Made by a program: the position numbers and the translations under genes. Shown here in pieces: positions 51,875-64,000 of a DNA stretch of 64,000 bases. The notes beneath the pieces were generated by a model that searched no databases, had not been told where the DNA came from, and worked only from the letters and a program-made list of their open reading frames with translations. Position 1 is the stretch's first letter, and every line of letters begins with the position of its first letter. This DNA comes from Octopus vulgaris (taxonomy: Eukaryota). Where the stretch lies: NCBI GenBank assembly GCA_951406725.2, contig OX597827.1:48422001-48486000 (forward strand), read 5' to 3'.

Positions 51875-52098
51875 GACGAATATTTGTACTCACCTTGTTT
51901 GTTGCTAACACCATGATTCGGCTGATGTACCCTCCAGTCTTCATCAGGTGTCTTGGAGGAGATTTCGAACCCGGGTTCTCATTCCCGAGGTATTTTTCGA
52001 ACCAGGTTCGAAATTTCCCCAAGACACCTGATGAAGGCTGGAAGGTATAACAGTCGAAACGTTGTGTTAACAACAAACAAGATGAGGACAAATATCGT
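51875..52098. mobile_element. Inverted pair of Penelope pLTR-like units, each with a hammerhead motif
   Basis: Arms about 51875-51972 and 52004-52098 are imperfect reverse complements; both contain GACAC-CTGATGA-A-G(G/A)CTG..CAG(T/C)C-GAA. Confidence 0.75.
52023..52068 (+). ncRNA. Minimal type-I hammerhead ribozyme candidate, canonical core
   Basis: GACAC-CTGATGA-A-GGCTG(GAAGGTATAA)CAGTC-GAAAC-GTT-GTGTT: 5-bp stem I, 5-bp stem II, loop-less palindromic stem III ACGT, GUU triplet. Confidence 0.78.
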
Positions 52099-52539
52099 AC
52101 ATACTTCCTCGTGTCTTAAATATAGAACTGTGGTTATCACTACATATGTTTCAGAGTCAGAATTCATTAACACATTGATTCACAAATTGACCATGAAATA
52201 ACGGGCGAGATTATATAACAATACGGAGTGACGTGTTTCACTCCCTTGGACACATCTTCAGGTAATAATTCATAAATGAGATGCCACCGATAGAGCCACA
52301 GTAGCATCGCGCGCGCACATATATATGTGTAAGAGACAAATTTATTGGATATTTCATTAGAATGTGATTCGTAGGTAACGTCAGCGTTAAGCAATTGAGC
52401 AGATGTCCCTTCGTATCAATAAAAATGTTCTGAAGATGCACCATCGCTTCTTGTTTTTTTAATTTCTGTTTTTTTTCTATATTTTAATTAGGTTTTGTTC
52501 CAGATTGTATTTAGTTTCTTTCAACTTCTTACTCTTTTC

Positions 52540-52742
52540 TGTTTCTTTTACTTGTTTCATTCATTTGACTGTGGCTATGCTGGAGCAGCGCCTTTAGTCG
52601 AGCAGATCGACCCCAGGACTTTTCTTTGTAAGCCTAGTACTTATTCTATTGAACTTTTTTGCCGAAAGGCTAGATAACGGGGACGTAAACACACCAACAT
52701 CAGTTATCAAGCGATGTTAGGGGGACAAACACAGACGCACAA

Positions 52743-52838
<96 letters not shown>

Positions 52839-52992
52839 GATGGGCTTCTTTCAGTTTCCGTCTACCAAATCCACTCACAAGGATTTGGTCAACCCAAGGT
52901 TATAGTAGAAGACACTTGCCTGAGGTGCCACGCTGTGAGACTGAACCTGGAACACTCTGGTTGGGAAGCAAGCTACTTACTACACAGCCACA
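52540..52992 (-). mobile_element. SINE family A
   Basis: Full copy. Confidence 0.92.
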
Positions 52993-53400
52993 TATACGTC
53001 TAAAATAATAATAACAATACTCTTCTTGTTGCATGTCCTGAAGACCAGAGCAAACCTACGAACAATCACCACACGCTGTTTAATGAGGAGAAAGAAAGTG
53101 TAAATAGATTTATACAATCGTACGTGCCTTTTCGTTTTCAAAAGATGGTTCGAGGCCAGTTCCAGAAGATCTAGCCTTTATTATAAGCTGCCTAAGTGAC
53201 GCAACGTTACTGCTGTTCCTTTAACTTACTTCTGCCCACAGTAGTTTCATCACCTGGTGATTTATAACGGTCTGCAGTAATTGATGACGACGACGACGAT
53301 GATGATGATGATGATAAGAAGGAGGAGGAGGTGGAGGAATACGAAGATGATGATGACAATGATTATGATGACGATTGGTGGCGGTAGTATTAGTAATGGA

Positions 53401-53778
53401 AGCACTCCGTCGGTTACGACGACGAGGGTTCCGGTTGATCCGAATCAACGGAACAGCCTGCTCGTGAAATTAACGTGTAAGTGGCTGAGCACTCCACAGA
53501 CACGTGTAACCTTAACATAGTTCTCGGGGATATTCAGCGTGACACAGAGAGTGACAAGGCCGGCCCTTTGAAATAGAGGTACAACAGAAACAGGAAGTAA
53601 GAGTGAGAGAAAGTTGTGGTGAAAGAGTACAGCAGGGATCACCACCATCCCTGCCGGAGGGTCGTGGAGCTTTAGGTGTTTTCGCTCAATAAACACTCAC
53701 AACGCCCGGTCTGGGAATCGAAACCGCGATCCTATGACCGCGAGTTCGCTGCCCTAACCACTGGGCCATTGCGCCTCC
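53401..53778 (-). mobile_element. SINE family B, full length
   Basis: Minus-strand head ggaggcgcaatggcccagtggttagggcagcg..gtttcgattcccagaccgggc with A and B boxes. Confidence 0.92.
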
Positions 53779-53871
53779 CCCGTATTAGTAATAGTAGTTT
53801 GCCGATCAGATTCATCGCGTCGGTACGGCCTAAGTTATCATGGTAATGAATGGTGTCAAAAATAATGGCAA

Positions 53872-54260
53872 TAATCCTTTCTACTATAGGCACAAGACTT
53901 GAAGTTTTGTGGGAGGGGGCAGTCGATGGGATAGACCCCAGTACGCAACTCGTACTTAATTTATCGACCTGGAAAGGATGAGAGGCAAGGTCGACCACGG
54001 CGGCATTTCGCCCAGCGTCGTAACGGTTCTTATTTCTTTATTGCCCACGAGGGGCTAAACGTAGAGGGGACAAACAAGGACAGACAAAGAGATTGAGTCG
54101 ATTACATCGACCCCAGTGTGCAAAAGTACTTAATTTATCGACCCCGCGTAAGGATAAAAGGCAAAGTTGACCATGGCGGAATTCGAACTCAGAATGAAGT
54201 GACGGGTGAAATATCGCTATGCATTTCGTCCAGTGTGGTTACGCTTCTGACAGCTCGCCG
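53872..54260 (-). mobile_element. Two stacked SINE family D copies
   Basis: tacttaatttatcgacc..aaggat.a.aggcaa.gt.gacc occurs twice. Confidence 0.85.
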
Positions 54261-54554
54261 GCTCGATGATAATGATGATTATAATGGTGACTATGGTGAT
54301 GGTTAACGCTCACTGCGAAAAAAACAAATTCGTTGGAAGTTTGTGGTGTTGGTATTGTTTGAAATATGTGTTGATCGGTAAAAGCAAGGCGGCATGTGTA
54401 ACGATACATTGACAGACGATATAGGGCTCTCGAAGCCTTGTGGCAGCAATTAAACGATTGTGTCATTTCCAGATATTTAATACAATATAACTGGGCAATT
54501 CATTATGAAGCTTCGAGAGTACGTTATAGATACATGCACAAATACATACAAACA

Positions 54555-56051
<1,497 letters not shown>

Positions 56052-56499
56052 TAACATGCATGCCGGGAGATTAATGTATTATTGCAAATGACATATCCGT
56101 GCGTAAATCCAGAATAGCTTCGTGATGGTAGGAAATAACTTTTGTCTGAATGGATTACAAAATCAACAGGAGAAATTGCGAAGGAAAAAGAACATATATA
56201 AAAAAAAATATGTAGAAAACATTAACGGCGTCCACAGCAACACCCAAATACTAATAATTCATATTAACCTCGAGTAGGTTTTTTTGCCATACATAATTAT
56301 TGTAATCGTCCCTTTTCTCAGCCTTGTGGTGATGGAATTTCTATTAATATTTTAACCTGCTTTTGTATATGTATCAGGTATTGTGTTCTCAAGTCTCCCC
56401 AAGGTTTAAAATGTCTTAATACGTATGGCATGTTTTGTTGTAATAATGAAGAACCTTGTGGTCAATAAAGAGGAAGGAGGAGAGGAGAAGAGGATGTAA

Positions 56500-56592
56500 A
56501 AGAAGAAGATGTAAAAGAAGAAGATGTAGATGATGTAGAAGAAGAAGAAGAAGAAGAAGAAGAAGAAGAAGAAGAAGAAGAAGAAGAAGAAG

Positions 56593-56624
<32 letters not shown>

Positions 56625-56695
56625 GAAGTAGAAGAAGAAGAAGAAGAAGAAGAAGAAGAAGAAGAAGAAGAAGAAGAAGAAGAAGAAGAAGAAGA
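56500..56695. repeat. (GAA)n microsatellite
   Basis: Directly visible. Confidence 0.96.
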
Positions 56696-57716
56696 TGCAT
56701 CAACGAGCTCCCTCTGCGGGAAGATTAAATCTGAGTTCATCGTCAAACTTGATTTAAGAAACAGCAAAGAAATATAAAATATTTTTTTATGGAAGTCATT
56801 CCAGGAAACAGAGATTTTTCTTACATATGACGCATAATCTCTTCTAGATACGTTATCACAGCGCAACATGTGCGTAAAGGCGTGAACAGCACGAAGAGTT
56901 AAGATATGCGTATACAACAACATTGTCAGTAAGAAAATCAATCTTATACGTGCTCCGATTTCTACACATATACACATTACTGGGGTTTTTTTCGTTATAT
57001 ACCTACAAATATAATTTGTATACAAATTCACACGCGAACATATACACACTTCCACGTGCTAATAAAACAACAAACAAAAGGACACCAAATATTTCAATAA
57101 CTAAAAAAAATCTACAACACACGCTTCATTTTAAACAGAGGGAAAAAACTGTTATGCTCGATAATGGAAATATCACGAGAAAAGAAAACAAAGGTGAATT
57201 CCCATTTGTGAGAATCAAGCAATCACGCTACAAGAGAAGGATCTTTTCTGTTTAGCCTCCAGTTTTTGAAATTTTAAAATTAAGTGAAAATTTTCAAATT
57301 TGGTGTATTGATGTAACTTTTCACGCTGAATCTGATGTTATCATTCATTTGTTCCAGAAAAAAAAGCTTAGCAAAATATTATAGAGGTTTAAAGTTTGAT
57401 TATTTCTATCCTATAAGGAAACAGGATTTGGAAGCTGGCATTTTCTGTGTGATACCGTTTATTAAACAAAATGAAACCAATATAATACGATGACAAAAGT
57501 TGTAAGTTTTGAAGTTTTAATTAGCCATGCGAAACGTTCGAACAAGCAATATAAACAAGGACAAATATTCAATTAATTCTTTGGATGGGGAAGAATACAA
57601 AAAGACTTACTGTACGTTAAATTACAATAAAAAACCGTACCTTATACTGCCGTTGTTCAGTTCATGTAAATAATAGTGAAATTTCAAAAACAGATTTTTG
57701 ATACACACTAGGGTTA

Positions 57717-57822
57717 GAGCTAGGGTTTAGGGTTAAAATTAGGATTTAGGGTTTGAGTCATGGCTTAGGTTGTAGTTGAGGCTTACAATTAGAATTCAGG
57801 TTCAGTCTTAGGGTTTAGGGTC
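57717..57822 (+). repeat. Degenerate (TTAGGG)-like array
   Basis: ctagggttagagctagggtttagggtt..tttagggttt..cttagggtttagggt with about 6-bp periodicity. Confidence 0.6.
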
Positions 57823-58528
57823 CTTTCGACCAATGGATAACGCGGGATTAATCAATTAGTAACATATTTTTAGTGAAGATTTTTCTAAAATATGATTCAG
57901 GGTGAAACAATACACCGATATACTAAAGTTGCAAATAACAATACATTTTTCTATAGCAGAAATTCAAAAATGAAAGTTCAGAATATAGGTACGTAGTGGT
58001 TGTAATCTTAGATAACAGCTTGGCTTGTTGCTATGGGAATAGGTACCAATGTGCCTGTGGTTTTGCGATTAGTTAAAATTACCCAAAATTTGCAAATTTT
58101 AAAAGCTGTTAACTTTTAATTTATTAATTTATGGCAAAAATGAAGAATGGTGAAATATTCTCATTAAAAGAATCAACTTTACAAATGAACCAAACCAATA
58201 TAATCACTTGATATTATTAATGATTACGTTCTCATTACTATTCAATTCCTGGGAAATTAAACTCTCAATAAACACATCAAACTCTCTCTCACACACATAC
58301 ACACTCACACACTCACGCACACATATACACACACGCATGTGCACACACATTTGAGAGTCTTTCCAGACAAATTGGTGAATTCTATAGCTAAGCAGCCACT
58401 GAAACGGTGACCAAATACAAAAACCACTGGACCATTTAATGACTAAAAGTAACAATTCATTGCAGTTGATAAAAAGTTTGACCAGTTTTGACCTGTCATC
58501 AAATCAACAATCTCGTAAAATACTTCTT

Positions 58529-58559
<31 letters not shown>

Positions 58560-58696
58560 ACATATGTATATATATATATATATGTATATATATATGTATG
58601 TATATGTATATATATGTATGTATATGTATATATATATATATATGTATGTATATGTATATATATGTATATATATGTATATGTATATATATTTATATA

Positions 58697-58764
<68 letters not shown>

Positions 58765-58857
58765 TCATATATATATACATATATATATATGTGTGTGTGT
58801 GTGTATATATACGTATATATATATATATATATTTATGTGTGTGTGTGTGTGTGTGTT

Positions 58858-58898
<41 letters not shown>

Positions 58899-58902
58899 AT
58901 AT

Positions 58903-59060
58903 AGGGAGAATTCTCATAGAGAATTCACGAAGACAGGTGGTATAGAAAACAAACAGATGTATTAGTATAACGCTCGAGAATTGAAAAAGTTTTTAACGTT
59001 TCGAGCCTACGCTCTTCCACAGAAAGGAACGCAGAAAGAAACAAGGAGCGAAAGAAGGAG
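58903..59060 (-). mobile_element. Hammerhead-bearing short repeat, A6U-core family (motif 58991-59026)
   Basis: Minus strand CTTT-CTGTGGA-A-GAGC(GTAG)GCTC-GAAAC-GTT-AAAA plus family body; 3' end runs into (TA)n. Confidence 0.72.
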
Positions 59061-59482
59061 AGAAGAAATATACTTGTCTTTTATTCTTCCTTCTGTAACC
59101 AAGCGTTCAGAAATCATATGCTTTGTTTAAACAATTCCCCGTATACATATTCAAACAGACAACCTCAAAATGATAAGGACCAACTCAGCTACATCTCGAA
59201 CATCCTTTGTTTTTCAAAACCCAAAAAATGAACTCTTGGACTTTTTCGACTAACATATATATATAAAAAAAAAATTTAAACAGTCCACAATTGAGGACGA
59301 AACCCTGGAGGCGATGAAACGGCTCAATAAACAGTATTTAACCAAATTCTGACCATCTTCATTCATTCATTATTACGAAATATCTTTACACCACTATAAA
59401 CAATCTACACTTGTACGAACTCACACACGCGTATTCAATGATATGTATACACACTCAGACACACACACACGCATATATATAT

Positions 59483-59650
59483 ACTTTTATCTGTTTCAGT
59501 CATTTGACTGCCGCCATGCTGGAGCACCACCTTCAAGGGTTTTAGTCCAACAGGTCTTATTCTTTGTAAGCCTAGTACTTATTCTCTCGGTTCCTTTTGC
59601 CGTACCTCTCGGTTACTGGTACATAAATTCCCCAACGTTGGCTGCTTTCA
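59483..59650 (-). mobile_element. SINE family A, 3' fragment
   Basis: tgtttcagtcatttgactgccgccatgctggagcacc matches the family A tail. Confidence 0.78.
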
Positions 59651-60883
59651 TCGTCTGTGCCATATCCTTGGTATAGGAGGCTAGTGGTTGCTAGCACTTG
59701 ACGAACGTGCAACCCCTGTCTACGGACGGAAGGATAGTGATAACAATCCTGGTAAATAAATGCATAATATGAGCAGGCATAAAATATTAGAATATCTTCT
59801 TTAGAGTATAAGTATTTCTTTCTAAGTAGATTGTATATAATAATTGCTTTAAATATGCTTGCACAAACTTAATCATTGTTTTTTACACAGCTGGCGTTTG
59901 TGAGTTTGTGTAATAAGTTTCAGGAATTTGCATACATGCATATATATTTACACATGCATACATGCATATACGCACGCACACAAACACACACACACATATG
60001 TACACACATGCTCACATACACATACACACACACACACACAACATATGTACAGAGAGAAAGAGAGACAGAGACAGACAGGGAGAGAGAGAGGGAGAGAGAG
60101 AAAGACGTTTTCTCTCATATATATACATATATACATTTATCTGCTGTGAAATCTTTAATTTGCAGGAAAATTTAGTGCAACATAGTGTTGATAAGTTAGA
60201 CATCAGAAGAGACATTTCCAATTACCAAACACATATTTTATGTGGGCAGCCGACTGATGCATGCCCTTAACTCATTAATGCCCAAACTTATACGAACAAA
60301 ACGTAGTCCTCTATTATTTATTAAAACAAGAAAAAATGCCCCTTAAAAACAAAGTAGCGATTTAATACATAAAATGTGCGCTTTATCAAATAGTTTGTGC
60401 GCTTGGAAGGCGATTCATGCAGTAATATCAAGTAATATTCTTGAATCGATATAATATAGTTTACATGGTGGTTAAGACGTAAGACATCAAAGACTTCCTA
60501 TCTTTTACAATTACAAAATCAAATACTTATATTTCATTACGTTATCTGAAAATGACATGTCTACAGAAATAATGAGATAGGAGTTTTATATTGTATCCAT
60601 TTAATAATAAGCACCAGTAAACTTCTGCCAATAACCTTTATTATATGGCCACTTTGTTATTATTAGATAAATGTCCCTGCTTGTCATATTTAATCTTGTT
60701 TCCCTTTATTTAGATATTAATGTGTCTCTTTACTTCAGCTCCGTTCTCGTATGGTGCAGCAGTATAACTTTCTTCAAACGCTGATCAGTCTCTTGATTTT
60801 ATCTATATTATAAAAATGCCTTTACTTGCAACATAAAATTGCGTACATACATATATATATATATATATGTATATATATCTATG

Positions 60884-60935
<52 letters not shown>

Positions 60936-61589
60936 GATATATATTTATGTATATATATATATATGTTTATGCATGTATAGATAGATAGATAGATACATGC
61001 ATATATATATATATATATATATATAGATATATATATATATACATACACACACACATATATATATATAGATGTATCATATAATGGTGTATTGAAATTAAAG
61101 TGACTGCAGTATTTGCCTGGCACATATCGACCGCCTGAACGATGTGGAAGCCACAGTGACAGTCATATCTCCATCATATCATATGTTACTACTGAATTAA
61201 ATAACAACTTTTTTAAAAAACAGGAACACTAAATTTGGGGGGAAGGGTTTTGCCAATACCATTGTACCTTATTAGTACCTCATTTGATCGACCACAACCA
61301 GCATCTGAACTCAAAGCCTTAAAAAGCTAGACAATATACCAGAAAGCATTTTTCTAAAGCTTTAGTGATTTTTTTCCGCTCATTACCTTTTAGAACAGGA
61401 CCTGCATTTTACGGCGAGTGCAATTCAATTGAGTACCTGATTGGTACTCTATTTTATCAACATTGAAATCAGGAAAATCGCAGTTGACGTCGGCGAAAAT
61501 TGAACCCGGAGCGTACAGCCGCTCAAGAAACTTCGCTGGGGTTTTTAACCGACGTGCTAACGATTGTGGCATCACAAGTAATCATTTCA

Positions 61590-62445
61590 GTCTCAGGCAG
61601 AATGCTTGAAATTTTGAGGAAGCAGGATAGTCAATTACATCGACCCTAGTGATTGATTGGTACTGATCTTATCGATCTCTGAAAGGATGACAGGCAAAGT
61701 CGACATCGGTGGAATATGCCGCTCAGCATTTTGCCGGCGCGGTAACGATTCTGCCAGCTAGATTTTTTTATTAAGCATAAAGCCCCAACGATTCGTATTT
61801 CTTTACTAGCCACAAGGGGCTAAACACAGAGGAGACAAACAAGGACATACAAAGGGATTAAGTCGGTTACATCGACCCCAGTGCGTAACTGGTACTTAAT
61901 TTATCGACCCTGAAAGGATGAAAGGCAAAGTCGACCTCGGCGGAATTTGAACTCAGAACGTAGGGGCAGACGAAATACCTATTTTTTTACTACCCACAAG
62001 GGGCTAAACACAGAGAGGACAAATAAGGACAGACAAACAGATTAAGTCGGTTATATCGACCCCAGTGCGTAACTGGTACTTATTTCATCGACCCCGAAAG
62101 GATGAAAGGCAAAGTCGATCTCGGCGGAATTTGAACTCGGAACGTAGCGGTAGACAAAATACCGCTAAGCATTTTGCCCGGCGCGGTAACGATTCTGCCA
62201 ACTCGCCACATTAATACCGCTTCATATAATCCTTTCTACAGATAATCCTTTCTGCTAGAGGCACAAGACCTTAAACTTGGGGGAGGGAGACAGTCGATTA
62301 CATCGACCTCAGTACTCAACTGGTACTTATTTTATGAAACTTAAACTCGTCCTCGGCAGGATTTGAGCTCAGAACGTACATACGGGCGAAATGCTGGTAA
62401 GTATTTTCCCAGCGTGCTAAAAGTTCTGCCAGCCCACCGCGCTAA
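61590..62445 (-). mobile_element. Cluster of four head-to-tail SINE family D copies
   Basis: Units at about 61590-61760, 61796-61980, 61981-62208 and 62240-62445. Confidence 0.88.
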
Positions 62446-62984
62446 CACCGCTTAAATAATTAGAGGACAAATCACATAATAGTTATCAGCCTTGAATATT
62501 TAGCTTAGTGATGTCTGACACCAAGGACAATGCATCAAGTACAAGTACTAGTTGAGAACTAGGGTCGATATAATCAACTGAACCCCTCTTCTAAAACTGT
62601 TGTTAGTCTTGTACCATAACTTGAAACCAATATTTTATAAAACTCTAATGCCCCCCATTAAAAAGAATCTTCGTGAAATATTAAACTCCGGTCTTCCCCA
62701 CAAGTTAAAATACTTCATTTCATTTCACCAAGAATTTCTGATTATCGTTTGCTGATCCAGAGCGCCACTACTTTAGCAGTATTCTCCTGATTTACTTCAC
62801 TATTTCAGTGCCACATTTTTCAATGATCCGTGAATTTTTCATGGAACTTATTGAAATATAACAACAATGAAATTGTTGTTATTCTAGTACCGTTTTGTAT
62901 AGCATTCTATTATATATATATTTATATAGGCGTGGAACGAGTCTATCTAATATTTCACTTCAGAGAAACATTACAGCTAGTAAA

Positions 62985-63210
62985 GGTGGCGAGCTGGCAG
63001 AATCGTTAGCACGCCGGGCGAAATGCTTAGCGGCATTTCGCCTGTCGCTACGTTCTGAGTTCAAATTCCGCCGAGGTCGACTTTGCCTTTCATCCTTTCG
63101 GAGTCGATATATTAAGTACCAGTTATGCACTGTGGGTCGACGTAATCGACTTAATCCCTTTGTCTGTCTTTGTTTGTCCCCTCTATGTTTAGCCCCTTGT
63201 GAGCAGTAAA
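62985..63210 (+). mobile_element. SINE family D, full length (tRNA-derived)
   Basis: ggtggcgagctggcagaatcgttagcacg..gagttcaaattccgccg (B box)..gcctttcatcctttcggagtcgata..aagtacc; A-rich tail. Confidence 0.92.
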
Positions 63211-64000
63211 AAAAAAAAGAAACATTACAGCTAGTAACGTACTGTGTGTCTCTACACGTCCTAGTGTTATACAAACCGGTATTTTAATATAATGCTGTTT
63301 CAAGTGTATACCTTATGTAATAATGTAGGAAGGTTTTGTCTTTGAATTTTAAGAAAGTTCTTAAGAGATTTGAAACTAGTTGCTAATGAAGTGATTAGAT
63401 ATTTTGAGCTGAGAGAATTCCCGGTGTTTGTAAATATGTGGTTGAGTTGGTTGAGGTGGTGGAAATGTTGATGCACGCACCAAATTGTATGTATACATTA
63501 ACCTCGACGCAAGCTGAGCTTAGAACACAGAGAATCAGAGCAAATACTGACATTCATTTTATCCGGTGTTCTAATGACTCTTTTAGTTTAATGAATTCAA
63601 TACTTAAAAATTACTAAGCTTGAAATTATTACTGCGAATACAAGTCATCAATTGTTAGAAAATCTTCGTCATATCTAAGGAATTGACGAGTAAGCCTCTA
63701 AATGGCTGCTTTTGTCTTCTAGAAATAACAACCAAATTATTACATATATTTGGATATTGTTGCTCTAGTTATGTTGCGTGTAACAATAAGATGGAATGGT
63801 CAAGACTGGATAACGGGATTATAGGTGCCTGCATGAACAAAGCTGACTTAGTGCTAAATGACAATATAACAATAACATTATTGTCATAACATTTCTAACA
63901 GTCATTTTCGCCTTACTTTGTTACATGAGAGAAAATTCCATAGTAAAAACCATATATACATATAATGGAATTTGTTTTGAGTTAAGCATTTTTGAATGTA

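Noticed and set aside
59100-59335. Possible decayed PLE end with ATTGAG..GACGA..GAAAC..CTCAAT
   Set aside because: Stem I is present but core and triplet are incomplete; protein similarity is too weak by eye.
61796-62208. CRISPR-like or satellite array
   Set aside because: Units are whole SINE bodies of about 185 bp with no repeat-spacer structure; the context is eukaryotic.

Overview
AT-rich, microsatellite-saturated eukaryotic intergenic or intronic DNA. The tRNA-derived SINE families and the (TA)n density point to an octopus (coleoid cephalopod) genome; this is inferred from repeat content only. No host protein-coding gene is supportable, and almost all ORF-track hits are microsatellite artefacts. 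The window holds about 30 copies of four tRNA-derived SINE families, three subfamilies of mariner (two full-length pseudogenised copies, one internally deleted hairpin-containing derivative, one fragment), a DD37D/maT-like relic, CR1/L2-, Tx1- and Dong/R4-like LINE fragments, two tandem Penelope-like (GIY-YIG) 3' ends and a spacer-less 390-bp palindrome. The main unexplained signal is a population of more than a dozen minimal type-I hammerhead-ribozyme-like motifs with palindromic stem III. They include (i) a 140-190 bp non-coding, (TA)n-embedded repeat family whose 7 copies all carry a non-canonical CUG-U-N-GA core and occur as monomers, a tandem dimer and an inverted pair, (ii) four motifs with different stems that share a compensatory U3:A8 core (UUGAAAA), two of them directly after GIY-YIG fragments, and (iii) a canonical CUGAUGA motif in an inverted pair. 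This suggests a Penelope-driven, retrozyme-like system. All folds were read by eye and activity is untested. SINE and relic boundaries are approximate.
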